Assembly (NCBI GenBank): GCA_051003155.1
Contig: JBPCLO010000027.1
Span: forward strand, 1-64,000
DNA from: Fimbriimonadales bacterium
Lineage (GTDB): Bacteria; Armatimonadota; Fimbriimonadia; Fimbriimonadales; ATM1
Length of the DNA stretch: 64,000 bases
Reading direction: 5' to 3'
In this document: positions 28,691 through 39,299 of the stretch, in pieces
Numbering within the stretch: position 1 is the stretch's first letter
How the letters are laid out: each line of letters starts with the position of its first letter
Translations under genes and position numbers: made by a program
Notes under the pieces: model-generated
Told to the model about the DNA's origin: nothing
The model's database searches: none
The model's input: the letters and a program-made list of their open reading frames with translations, nothing else

Positions 28691-29521
28691 ATGTTTGTTT
28701 TTCGGCCGCGAGCCCAGGCAGCACGGAGTCGAAAGCCCGAGGCCCTCTGGCTATTATCTTCCGTTCCGATCATCGCATTTCTCGCAATTCCCGTTTTCGC
28801 TTTGCTCGGGACCGCGCAGCCTGGCGAAGTGCTACAAAGCCTTCAAACCGCTGAGGCGCAGGGCGCAATGAAGCTCAGCCTCTATACGAGCGTTGTCACT
28901 ACCCTTTTGGCGCTCATTCTCGGCACACCGCTCGCCTATCTATTGGCCCGCCGAACCTTTCCCTTCCGAGGCGCGCTCGACACGCTAGTCGACTTGCCGA
29001 TCCTGATTCCGCCGGCTGTCGCGGGCATCAGCCTGCTCGTGGCATTCGGGCGTCAGGGCCTGATCGGAAGCCACCTTCGGGCGTTCGGCATAGAGCTTCC
29101 TTTCACTGCCGTTGCCGTCGTCCTCGCCCAGCTTTTTGTTGCCGCTCCGTTCTACGTGCGGGCTGCGAGCATCGGCTTTGCGCGCGCTGACTCGGAGATG
29201 GAGGAAGCTGCACAACTCGACGGAGCAGGGAGTTGGCAAACCTTTCGCGAACTGCACCTGCCCCTGGCCCGGGCTGCGCTCGCGAGCGGATGCGTCACCA
29301 CCTGGGCGAGGGCGCTCGGCGAGTTCGGAGCCACGATCATTTTCGCAGGCAACTTCCCTGGCCGAACTCAAACCATGCCGCTCGCCATTTATCTCGGCTT
29401 CGAACTCGACTTTCGCGTCGCGACCTCGCTGTCGATCGTCCTTCTGCTTAGCTCGTACCTCCTGCTTCTTGCCGTCCGAAGCCTCATCGCCAAGGCTGAG
29501 CCGGTAATCTTGCTGCCATGA
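28691..29521 (+). CDS. modB: Molybdate ABC transporter permease
   Basis: LPILIPPAVAG, EEAA loop, WARALGEFGATIIFAGN, TQTMPLAIY. Confidence 0.92.
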   Translation: MFVFRPRAQAARSRKPEALWLLSSVPIIAFLAIPVFALLGTAQPGEVLQSLQTAEAQGAMKLSLYTSVVTTLLALILGTPLAYLLARRTFPFRGALDTLVDLPILIPPAVAGISLLVAFGRQGLIGSHLRAFGIELPFTAVAVVLAQLFVAAPFYVRAASIGFARADSEMEEAAQLDGAGSWQTFRELHLPLARAALASGCVTTWARALGEFGATIIFAGNFPGRTQTMPLAIYLGFELDFRVATSLSIVLLLSSYLLLLAVRSLIAKAEPVILLP

Positions 29522-30441
29522 GCGACGCCGGCATAATGAAACGGAAGACGACGGCCGCCGCGGTCTCCATCGCGTTCAACCTGGCGCTCTTGATAACGAA
29601 GGTCGTCATCGCCATGCTATCCGGCTCGGTCTCCGTATTGTCCGAGGCGTTGCATAGCGTCGGCGATTCGGTAGCTAGCGTCATCGCCTACATCGGCGTC
29701 CGCGTCGCGGATAAACCCGCCGACGATGATCACCCTTTCGGCCACGGAAAAGCCGAATCGCTGGCCGGCCTTGCGGAAGCAACGCTGCTGCTCATGGCGG
29801 GACTTTATATCGGTATCGAGTCCTTTCTCCGCCTCGAAGAGCCGGAGCCCGTGAAGGTCGACATCGCACTGTACGTGATCGCGGGCACGGCCGTGGTCAA
29901 TATCTTCGTCGGTCGATACCTCTCTCGCGTCGCCAAGGAAACCGACAGCCGTGCTCTCGAAGCCGACGCCGCGCATGTAATCGCCGACTTCGTGACCAGC
30001 CTGGGTGTTCTCTTTGCGCTGGCGCTCGTTCGCATAACGGGTAACCCAATCTACGACCCCGCGATTGCGCTGGTCTTAAGCGCATGGATCATCTACACCG
30101 CCTTGCGAATCGCTGCCAACACGCTAAAGCTGCTCATGGACAGGCAGCTGCCCGACGAAGAGATTCGAGCGATCGAAGCGATCCTCTTGGCGCACCCCGA
30201 AGTAAAGGATTGGCACCAGCTGCGGACGCGAAAGTCGGGCTCGACCCGGCACATCGATGCGCACATCCTTTTGAGGGACGAGCTGAGCTTGATCGAGGCG
30301 CACGAGATTACGGAGGAGGTCGAAGACCTGATCCGAGCGAAACTTCCGGGGGTCAGCATCAGCCTGCACACGGAGCCTTTTGGGCACGAAATGGCGCATA
30401 GGCGAGAGGCGCATTCCGACCAAAACAGGCAGACAAAGTGA
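29518..30441 (+). CDS. Cation diffusion facilitator (FieF-like)
   Basis: EALHSVGD, HPFGHGKAE, HVIAD, EAHEI. Confidence 0.92.
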   Translation: MSDAGIMKRKTTAAAVSIAFNLALLITKVVIAMLSGSVSVLSEALHSVGDSVASVIAYIGVRVADKPADDDHPFGHGKAESLAGLAEATLLLMAGLYIGIESFLRLEEPEPVKVDIALYVIAGTAVVNIFVGRYLSRVAKETDSRALEADAAHVIADFVTSLGVLFALALVRITGNPIYDPAIALVLSAWIIYTALRIAANTLKLLMDRQLPDEEIRAIEAILLAHPEVKDWHQLRTRKSGSTRHIDAHILLRDELSLIEAHEITEEVEDLIRAKLPGVSISLHTEPFGHEMAHRREAHSDQNRQTK

Positions 30442-30453
30442 TACACTATTGAC

Positions 30454-33377
30454 GTGCCGAGGCGAGGTGGTGTCACGATCCTGCGCGTGCTGCCGGGGTT
30501 TGCTGCGGTCAGAGAGGCAGCCGCGCGGTTCGCTCACGCTAAAGGCACGTTCTTCACGTCGAGCAACGCTTCGACTATCGCTCAGCTTCGGGACCACATC
30601 GAGGCTAACGATAACCTGCGCAAGCACTATGAAACGGGCTGCATTCGTATCGACCTGCTAGGATCGCTAGTCCGCATATTCGCCGACTGCGCGAACCTAC
30701 CCCTGGCCGCGCCAGCGGCATCGGACTACCAGGAGGGTCTCGCCGGACTCGCGGCGGAGAAAATGTCTAACGACAGCCCATTCTTCGAGTGCCGCGAACT
30801 GCCCGGCTTCCACGCTGCCCTTGTCGACACCTTGCAAGAGCTTCGCAAGCATGACATCGATCTCTCTCGTGCGGTTTCGCCACCTCGCAAACTCGCAGAC
30901 ATTCGCGACCTTGCGGAGAGTTTTGAGGACGCCCTTGCCACCCACCGGCTCACGACGCTCAGCCATCGACTCAAACGGCTGCTCGACGCGTCGCCCAGCG
31001 CCCCACAGGAGTTGAAGGTCGTGGTCTGGCTCTCCGAAACCGAGTGGCCGCCCCTGTGGCTGCAGTTCGGTGACTGGCTTCGCCTGGCAGGCGTCGAGCT
31101 TGTGTTCTTCACCGAGCGACATTTGACCGACGCTTCGTTTTTCCTTGGCGCAACACAGCTTGCCGCTGCCTGCCCCGACGCGAGAATCGAGAATGTCCAA
31201 TGCCCAGCGACGGCGTGCGCCTCGCTGTTTTCCGGCGGTGGCGCACCCGCGCGGTCGAGCGATGGCGTCACAGTTCTCGAAGCTGCCGACGAGCATCTCG
31301 AAACCGAGTGGGCCCTACGAACAGTTCATTCCCACCTACTGCGAGGAGAGGCCGAGGGGAGAGTTTGCATTTTCTCGCGACATCTAGAGAAGTACGGGCC
31401 GCTGCTTGAAGCCGCTTCGTTTCGATTCGGCGTACCGCTGAAAATGTCCCGCAATGAGCCGCTGCTAGCCAACCCGTTCGCGTCGTACTGCCTCGCCACT
31501 CTTAAGGCGTTGGCGAGTGGATCGATCCAGGATTTGGCCTCGGCCATCAGTTCGCCCTATGCCGATATCGATCGTGCCCATTGGAAACTGGCCCGGGAGC
31601 AGATCTCCTCATGCGAGCGCACCCAAGGCGATCCGTGGACCGAATTAGGGCGGCTGGCACGCGATCCGAACCGCGTCGTTCCGACCTGGCTTGACTTCTG
31701 CGTCTCATGGCGAGACGAAGCGATCCGCGCCGCAAGGACGCTAGCGGACTGGATCCGTCGGTTCAATTTACTGATGGCGGGTACTCCATGGCTCGACGCT
31801 TGCTCGGGCGGCGGGCTCGTTGCGAAACGGGACGCATCGGCGCAGCATGCGATGGTAAGGTCGCTTCTGGTCAGCCAGCTCTTGGGCGACTCGACGCGCA
31901 ATCTTGCACTCGGCGAATTCGTCGCGCATTGCGAAAAGCGATGGCAAGGCAACTCGTATACCATCCGCAGCCAAACGGGCGTCCGCGTTTCGACTACTCC
32001 TGCAGGGATAGGCGATGCGAACATCGTGATCGCCCTCGGAATGCTCGAAGGCAGGTTTCCCTCCCGGCGAGCCGAAGATCCGATTCTCCTCGACCGGGAC
32101 CGGGAGTGGTTGAGGCAGGCGAGGATGGATTGGCGCCTTCCGTCCAGCTACGAAAAGGCCGAAGAAGCCCGGCGCGAGTTCTACCGTGTGGCATGCGCGG
32201 CCCCGCAGATCGTGTTTTCGTACCCGCTAAACTTCGGCGAAACACCCGAAATCCGCACCTCGTATCTGGACGACTTGGAAGCCGACGGAATCATGCCCTC
32301 GTACACGGCCAAGCGATACGAAGATCGATTCCCGAAACCGCATGCATCGCTCGTCATGGCAGACCTATTAGGCGCGCAAGCTTGGCACGATGACAAAACG
32401 TTCGATCCCGGCGAGCTCGTCGCCAACAGACAGGACCAATTGCGGCAGGCGGCCTGTTCGGCGAAAGACGCCCTCATAGCCAATCCAGAAATCAAGCGCG
32501 AATTATCCGCCCTGCCGCGGCCTTTGCGACTGGCGCATCTCCGATCGCTGCGGCAGTGCCCGTTTCAATACGTCGCTCGGGCGAAACTGAATCTCCACAG
32601 CGCCCGCCCGCGCTGGGCTTGGGACTGCGTGGCCAACGCGGTTCGCAAAGCGGATCTTAACGCCGATTCAGCCGACGCTCTGATGTCCAACCTGATGGCA
32701 ACACTCGAATCCGAGCTTTGGTATTGGCGAGGCAAAGCGCCGCAGCATGAGCTTGAACTCGTGCGGGTCGCCGCGCCGAAAGCGCTCCGCGCGTTCGCTA
32801 ACCGAGAGATAGCTATGCGGCAAAAGTGGGGTCTTCGTATCAAGGGCCAGAACGTCTCATTGGGCGAAGCCTGCCTGCGAAGCACAGTGCCGTTAGGTGA
32901 GTACAGCCTCAATTTTCTGAACGAATCGACGTCCTGTATGAACGTGAAGGAACGTCCGACGTCGCGCAGCTCCGGATGGGTCGAACGCGACTGTCCGGAC
33001 CGGCAGGGGATCCGGAGTTCGACCTGGAGACGAGCATCATAACTTTCTTAGGCAAAGGTCAGGTGGAGAGGCTTTCGATCGTTGACAGCTTGGAGTCCGG
33101 GCAACGCCTGGTCTCCCCCCGCAGAGTATTCGGTGGCATCTCCGCGTTAAAGAACAGCGCGTCCGAATGCCTTTTCGTCGACTCGTCGAGCGATCCCTTG
33201 GCTGCATTGAAGATCGATTTTGTCGAGCAGCTCAAGGGCCTGGTCGCGATCGCGAGCCGCGGCGACCTAACGGCGACTCCCGGGGTCTATTGCCGAACGT
33301 GTGATTACCCGGCCCTTTGCAGGCAGGCGCAAAGCAGTGAGGTCGGCTCCGCGCAGGGGGGTTTCGACGAGGAATGA
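30454..33377 (+). pseudogene. AddB/AdnA-like protein (inactive helicase-like body plus PD-(D/E)XK Fe-S domain), split by a frameshift near 32913-32916
   Basis: GMLEGRFP..EDPILLD and QCPFQY in the first frame; SERIDVL...PGVYCRTCDYPALCR continues in the shifted frame to 33377. Confidence 0.75.
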
Positions 33378-35635
33378 CACTTTCCGATGAGCAACTGCGG
33401 GCAATTTGTGTCGACGCGCCGCAGGTTACCATCAGGGCTGGGGCAGGCGCTGGAAAGACCGGCGTGCTGACCGAGCGGTACTTGAGGCACGTGGTGGAGC
33501 AGGGGGCAAGCCCCGACAATATTCTCGCGATTACGTTCACTAAGAAGGCTGCTGCCGAGATGAAGCGCCGCATCGTCAAGCGGCTGCGCGCGGAAGGTCT
33601 GAACGAGGCCGCGCGACAGGCGCAAGTAGGGCCTATCTCGACTGTTCATGGCTATTGCGAACGATTGCTGCGGGAGTATCCGTTCGATGCCGGTCTCGAT
33701 CCAAAGTTCCAGGTACTGTCCGATGTCTCCGCCGAGCACCTTGTCGCGAGCTGCGCCAAGCGCGTCCTCGCCGAAGGGGGCGCTGAGAACGAAATCGCGA
33801 TTTTAAGTCACCTGGTTGGGCAACGTCGCCACGGGGCGTATACCCGCGACATCTCTCTAATCCTTGTGGAATGGATTGCCAAGGTGCTTGACGAGTACCG
33901 GACAGCGGGCAAAAAGGTCGAAGATTTGGAGCTCTTGGCGGCGTCACCCGATAAAGTGACCGAAGCTTGGCGCGCCTATGAGGAGGCTTGCGCTTGCGAA
34001 GACCTCGGAGAGTCACCTCCTCCCGGCTGGCGGAAGGAGAAATCCTTGTTGAAGGAATTCAAGAAACGCCCGGCATGGCTGGCGTCGATCCGCCACGATG
34101 CTGCCCTCGACCGAAAGTGCGCGGAGCTGACCGGCGGTCTCGCGTCCCTGACCGCGCGAACGTGGCGGATGCTCTGCGGCGAGTTCGGCCGGCGCCAGGA
34201 ACTGGACTTCGCCGAACTGGAGACCCGAGCGTGCGCGATGCTCGAGGAAAAGCCTGAAAGCATCGCAGGCAAGTATCGCTGGCTGATCGTCGACGAGGCG
34301 CAGGACCTGAACCCGGTTCAATACCGCATCCTGCGCGCTACTCCCGCGGAGCACTACCTTTGGGTGGGCGATCCACAGCAATCCATCTACGGCTTCCGGG
34401 GGGCGACGAGAGATCTCTTTCTGCAAACCATGGAGAAATCAAAATGCTGCGACCTGACCACCAACTGGCGCTCCACGGAGAAGGTCATGACGGCTGTCGA
34501 CCAGGTGTTCCGAGGCCTTTGGCCCGATATCCTGATCCGCATGACGCCAGGACGCTCCGAGATCGAGGAGGCCCCGGCGGTCGAGCTCTGGAAGGTGGGC
34601 GATAACCCAGAGGCCGACGTGGCCAACGGCGTCTTTAGGCTAGTGGATAGCGAGAGAGTCCGGCCGGGCCAAATCACGATCCTCGTCCGAACTGCCAACG
34701 CGACGGATTCCTTGGTGCGCGACCTGCGCTCGCACGGCCTCAAGGTGGCGTCCGGGGTGGGCAAGAACTATTTCCTCAGAACCGAGATTCGCGACCTCGG
34801 CTCGACCCTGCTGGCCCTGGCCTATCCCGACGACAACCTGATCCTTCTCTCGCTGTTGCGCTCACCCCTCGTCGGGGTTCCGCTCGAAATCTGTGTCAGC
34901 CTTGCCTTGAAAGCCAGCGAGTCGTCAAATTCCGTTTGGGACCTGATTCGGACATCGGACGAATTCTCGGAGTTCGTGGGATGGTTCCAACCGCTGAGCG
35001 AACGGTCCTGCCGGCTGCGGGCGTGGGAAGTACTGGCAGAAATCTTCGCCGCGACGAACCTGGACGCGCGATTCGCGATGATGCCATCCAAGGAGCAGCT
35101 GATCGCCAACGGCCGCAAACTGCTTTCTTTAGCCATGGAGCGGCGGGAACTTGGACCGTGGGAGTTCGGCGAATGGATCGGCGCGCAAGGCAGGATCCGG
35201 GGAAACACCGGCGACGCAGAAACGCTCTCTGGAGAGGATGACGCGATACGCATATCGACGATCCATAAAGCCAAGGGCCTCGAATGGGATGTGGTGGTCG
35301 TACAAGCGGAATCGCCTAGGCGGACGAATAGGAACGACTTGGTCGTGGTTCCTGCGAGCGGGATTCTGGGGATCGGCAGCGGCGGCTTTCGGCCATTGGC
35401 ACTGGAGGCCGCGAGGGAGCGCCGCGTGCGCAGGGAGGACGAGGAAGCGCGACGACTTCTGTACGTAGCGATGACGCGTACGAGGGAGCGCCTTTGCGTC
35501 GTCGTAAGTCGTGGCAAGAGGCCGGGCGACCATTGGCACCCAGTGATTACGGCCGCGCTGGACAAAGACCCTTCGGTCCTCGTATGGGACGCCGCGACCT
35601 ACGTGCCCCGAGACCGGTCCACCGCTGGGGAATGA
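33374..35635 (+). CDS. UvrD/AddA-like ATP-dependent helicase
   Basis: AGAGAGKT, ITFTKKAA, DEAQD, GDPQQSIYGFRGA, NWRS, TIHKAKGLEW, LYVAMTR. Confidence 0.92.
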   Translation: MTLSDEQLRAICVDAPQVTIRAGAGAGKTGVLTERYLRHVVEQGASPDNILAITFTKKAAAEMKRRIVKRLRAEGLNEAARQAQVGPISTVHGYCERLLREYPFDAGLDPKFQVLSDVSAEHLVASCAKRVLAEGGAENEIAILSHLVGQRRHGAYTRDISLILVEWIAKVLDEYRTAGKKVEDLELLAASPDKVTEAWRAYEEACACEDLGESPPPGWRKEKSLLKEFKKRPAWLASIRHDAALDRKCAELTGGLASLTARTWRMLCGEFGRRQELDFAELETRACAMLEEKPESIAGKYRWLIVDEAQDLNPVQYRILRATPAEHYLWVGDPQQSIYGFRGATRDLFLQTMEKSKCCDLTTNWRSTEKVMTAVDQVFRGLWPDILIRMTPGRSEIEEAPAVELWKVGDNPEADVANGVFRLVDSERVRPGQITILVRTANATDSLVRDLRSHGLKVASGVGKNYFLRTEIRDLGSTLLALAYPDDNLILLSLLRSPLVGVPLEICVSLALKASESSNSVWDLIRTSDEFSEFVGWFQPLSERSCRLRAWEVLAEIFAATNLDARFAMMPSKEQLIANGRKLLSLAMERRELGPWEFGEWIGAQGRIRGNTGDAETLSGEDDAIRISTIHKAKGLEWDVVVVQAESPRRTNRNDLVVVPASGILGIGSGGFRPLALEAARERRVRREDEEARRLLYVAMTRTRERLCVVVSRGKRPGDHWHPVITAALDKDPSVLVWDAATYVPRDRSTAGE

Positions 35636-35642
35636 CAGCCCT

Positions 35643-36125
35643 TTATTTCGACGAAATGTGACCGTCCGCCCAAAGCACGTTGTTCCGGGGACTCGGCGGA
35701 AATGATTGCGGGCCGTCGGCATCGAACGCATGTCGTTCTGTCTTTTCTGAGTCGTAGACGAGCGGCTGGTCGACGGCTCCCCTCGTTGCAGCCGCGTTGA
35801 ACGCGTAGCCGTACCCCGTGGCCAAATCAGGGCATCTCAGGAACTTGGCGGTCTCGGTTTTCTCCATGTCGCCGGCGCGAAGGTATTGCTCCACGCGGTC
35901 CATCCAAACGTTAGCCGGAGGAAGAGCCGCATCGGCCTCGTGATATAGGTCCAGCGCCTTGCCGATTCTTCGGAGATTGTCGAGGCAATTGCCGGAATGG
36001 CTGCGCTTGCCAATAAATTGATAAGGCAGAATAGCAAACAAAAAGGGGCCCAGCCAAATCAATAAAACGAGAACCGAGACAATCGCGACCGTCCATTTCG
36101 CGACCTTGCTCTTCCACCAGCTCAT
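35643..36125 (-). CDS. DUF1559/H-X9-DG-type protein with N-terminal TM anchor
   Basis: CLDNLRRIGKALDLY, CP, YAFN, NVLWADGH. Confidence 0.7.
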   Translation of the reverse strand: MSWWKSKVAKWTVAIVSVLVLLIWLGPFLFAILPYQFIGKRSHSGNCLDNLRRIGKALDLYHEADAALPPANVWMDRVEQYLRAGDMEKTETAKFLRCPDLATGYGYAFNAAATRGAVDQPLVYDSEKTERHAFDADGPQSFPPSPRNNVLWADGHISSK

Positions 36126-39100
36126 TACGTCACCAACATGATCGTGATAATTTCGAACGGCTTATAATCGAACTGGACTACGCCGCCATGAATTTCCAGG
36201 CTGGCGACCTTATTCTCGCTGAGGTCGCATATATGGGCGGACTTAATCCTTCTCGAACAGCTTAGCTCTGCGGAGCCTCGGGAGTTGTGCGCTTCGTAAA
36301 GCCGAATAATCGTGGCATCGGAGACCTCCGCTTTCTTGACGGATTCGACGATAACATTACGGTCTTCGCATACTAGGAGCGGCTTGCATTCACCTTTGCC
36401 TACGCCATCCTTGGCTAAAAACTTGGAGTGCAAAGGCACGTTAAGCGCTTGCGCAGCCTGGACGACACCTGCCCAATTATAGGGTCCAAAATGAGGCATC
36501 AGAGCGTACGTAAATCGGTGGATGCCCATGTCCGCGTTTGGATCGGGGGCTTTCGGTGACCGAAGGAGCGTCATGCGCATGACGTTGCCGCGAATATCGT
36601 GACCATATTTCCCGTCGTTTAGGAGCGCTACCCCGTGGCCGCCTTCGCTTAAGTCCACCCATTTATGCGCGCAAACCTCGAAACGCGCCATATCCCAACT
36701 CGTGTTGACATGCGTGGGTCTCTCGACATTGCCGAATTGGATCTCGTAGGTCGCTCGGGGCGAGTTCACATTGACCGGAAACGCCACCTTGAGCATCTTT
36801 TCGTCTTCGCGCCAATCGATCCACGTGTCGAATCGAATTCCCGGCGTCGGTCCAAGGCTAATCCGCTGACGTATCGTGCTTTGCCCGAATTTTTTCTCGA
36901 CCTCGACGGCTACCCTGACCGGGCCGCGCTCCACTACCTCGAAACGCTCGCTGCGGATCAGGTCTTGTTGGGTTTCGAGGGCGAAAACATCGATGTCCCA
37001 AGCGCTCCAAGATAAGGGCCGGTCGTCGAACAGTTGGAAACAGTTCGCGACCTTGCCCTGCTCTAGGTACTCCGTTTGGTCTTCGAGGGAGAGAATGCTC
37101 GTTATGTTCCCGTGGGGATCGAACCGCACCGCCCAGGTGTCGTTTTCGATCCGCCTGGCCCGCGCGACAAGCCTCGATTTCGATACCGCCGCCTCAGTAC
37201 GGAGGTCGCAAATCGCGACGTTGCCCAGGGCGCGCTCGGGAACAGGGAATATGATGTGTTTTTCTCCGAACTCCTCGATTTCCTGTACCGGTAGGCTTTC
37301 ACCGTCGCTCTGCAGGCTTTGTGAACCGGACTTCCCGGTCGCCGGCAACCGCCCTTCGGTGCTCACGTCGGCGAACTTGAAGAGCGCAATCGGCTTTTCC
37401 ATTTCCGCAGTCGCGCACGTCTCCGAGATGGAGGAGAGGCATTCCTGGGCAATGGCATTCGCCCGATCGACAACCTCCGCGTAATCGCAGTCGCTGTCGT
37501 CGTAAACCTCGCGCACACTGCTGCCCGGAAGAATGTCGTGGAACTGATTCAGCAATACCAGCTTCCAGAGCCGCTCGATCTCTTTAGCCGGATAGCCCTT
37601 TGGAAACTCTTTGCGAAGGACAGAAAGAAGTTCGATGTCCCTCATGAGAAATTCGCAATGCCGGTTAAGCTTCTTATTTGCGGCCTGGGTCGTGTAGGTC
37701 CCTCTGTGGGCTTCCAGATACAGCTCGCCGGCCCATATCGGAAGATCGCGGCTTTTGTCTTTCGCCTCCTGAAAGAATTCGGAAGCCTTTCTGAACTGAA
37801 TTTGTGGTAAGCCAGGCGCGCGCGTTGCGCGTCTAAGAAATTCTATGTGCTCCGCAGTGGGTCCTCCGCCACCGTCTCCGTAGCCGTAAACGTACAGGCC
37901 GTGATCCGAGCGCGCGGGATCGCGGTGGTCGGTCAAATGCTTTTTAAGCTCGATAGGAGTGCACATACCGCAGTAGGTATCTGCCGGGGGGAAGTGGCTC
38001 CATATCCGGCTGCCGTCGATTCCCTGCCACCAAAATGTGTTGTGCGGAAATTTATTGATCTGGTTCCAGGATATTTTCTGCGTTAGAAAGTAGTCTATGC
38101 CGAGTTTGTTCAGCATTTGCGGGATGGCCGCGGAATAACCGAAAACGTCCGGCAGCCACATATCCCTCGTCTCAACATCGAATTTTTCTTGGAAATACCT
38201 TTTGCCATAAAGAAACTGTCGCACCAGAGCCTCGCCGCCGGCCAAATTGGTGTCTGCCTCGACCCACATGGAGCCCAGCGGCTCCCACTGCCCGGCCACC
38301 ACCTTTTCGCGGACACGCTTAAAGAGCTCGGGATACTCGTTCTCCAGCCATTCATATTGCGACGCCTGGCTATGTACGAAAACGTACTCTGGATATCGAT
38401 CCGCGAGCGCGAGCTGCGTCGACGTGGTGTGCGCCATCTTCTTCTTAGTGATTTGGATCGGCCAGAGCCACGCGGTGTCGAGGTGTGCGTGGCCCACTGG
38501 GGTGAGCGTGTGATACCGATCGATACGGCGTGAAACCGCCCATTCTCGCAGGGCGCGGCGCGCTTCCTGCAAGGTTTCGCGGTTTTCCGGGTCGAATCGA
38601 TTGGCGGCTTCGTTCAGCCCCCTCAAGACGTGTGCGCGCGCCACGTCGACCTCGTCGAAAGTCACGAGCAGCCCGTAGCAAAACTTGCAGTCCAAATAGA
38701 AGTCCCAAAGCTCCCGGTCGAAAACGCGCAGCGAGACATCGCCGACGGTAAAGGGCTTCGGCTCCGGCTCGAGTGGCCGGCCGTGGACCCGAACGGCAGG
38801 GTTGTCACCGTATGCCTGGATCCAGATTTCGACGGCTTCACCGCCGCGCGCGACTGTCGCCACCGGATACGAGTCATGGGGCCCGTCGATCCCCCAACAG
38901 GGAGAGTCACCCTTCCAAATCGTCCTCTCGCCTCCGACCTCAAGCTTCGCAATGGCCTCCATGCCCGCCCACGAGGACGGAATCCTTCCGGATGCTTTGA
39001 ACCAAACCGTGCGCCATGCGGGGCCCCATTTGAAGCCGGGTGCGACCGACACCCACTTACCCCTTGCGGCTTCCTTTCGGTTAGCGCTGGCCTCTGGACA

Positions 39101-39205
39101 GAACTCGAGTCGCAAGGGCGCCGACCCAACCTCCAACCGAGGCTCCAAAAACATGCGTATGAACTGTTCGATCCTCTTCTCGGTGAGTTCCCGGTGTTTG
39201 AGCAT
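36125..39205 (-). CDS. Alpha-mannosidase (GH38)
   Basis: GHAHLDTAWLW, WLPDVFGYS, YGYGDGGGG, GELYLEAHRGT, QFHDILPGS. Confidence 0.95.
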   Translation of the reverse strand: MLKHRELTEKRIEQFIRMFLEPRLEVGSAPLRLEFCPEASANRKEAARGKWVSVAPGFKWGPAWRTVWFKASGRIPSSWAGMEAIAKLEVGGERTIWKGDSPCWGIDGPHDSYPVATVARGGEAVEIWIQAYGDNPAVRVHGRPLEPEPKPFTVGDVSLRVFDRELWDFYLDCKFCYGLLVTFDEVDVARAHVLRGLNEAANRFDPENRETLQEARRALREWAVSRRIDRYHTLTPVGHAHLDTAWLWPIQITKKKMAHTTSTQLALADRYPEYVFVHSQASQYEWLENEYPELFKRVREKVVAGQWEPLGSMWVEADTNLAGGEALVRQFLYGKRYFQEKFDVETRDMWLPDVFGYSAAIPQMLNKLGIDYFLTQKISWNQINKFPHNTFWWQGIDGSRIWSHFPPADTYCGMCTPIELKKHLTDHRDPARSDHGLYVYGYGDGGGGPTAEHIEFLRRATRAPGLPQIQFRKASEFFQEAKDKSRDLPIWAGELYLEAHRGTYTTQAANKKLNRHCEFLMRDIELLSVLRKEFPKGYPAKEIERLWKLVLLNQFHDILPGSSVREVYDDSDCDYAEVVDRANAIAQECLSSISETCATAEMEKPIALFKFADVSTEGRLPATGKSGSQSLQSDGESLPVQEIEEFGEKHIIFPVPERALGNVAICDLRTEAAVSKSRLVARARRIENDTWAVRFDPHGNITSILSLEDQTEYLEQGKVANCFQLFDDRPLSWSAWDIDVFALETQQDLIRSERFEVVERGPVRVAVEVEKKFGQSTIRQRISLGPTPGIRFDTWIDWREDEKMLKVAFPVNVNSPRATYEIQFGNVERPTHVNTSWDMARFEVCAHKWVDLSEGGHGVALLNDGKYGHDIRGNVMRMTLLRSPKAPDPNADMGIHRFTYALMPHFGPYNWAGVVQAAQALNVPLHSKFLAKDGVGKGECKPLLVCEDRNVIVESVKKAEVSDATIIRLYEAHNSRGSAELSCSRRIKSAHICDLSENKVASLEIHGGVVQFDYKPFEIITIMLVT

Positions 39206-39299
39206 TTCGCAGGGCCGTTAGTCCGTCAGTTTAGACCAATCGCCCACCTAAGGAATCCTGTCGAGCGAAGTTTCATCTTTTATAGTACTATAATTATAT

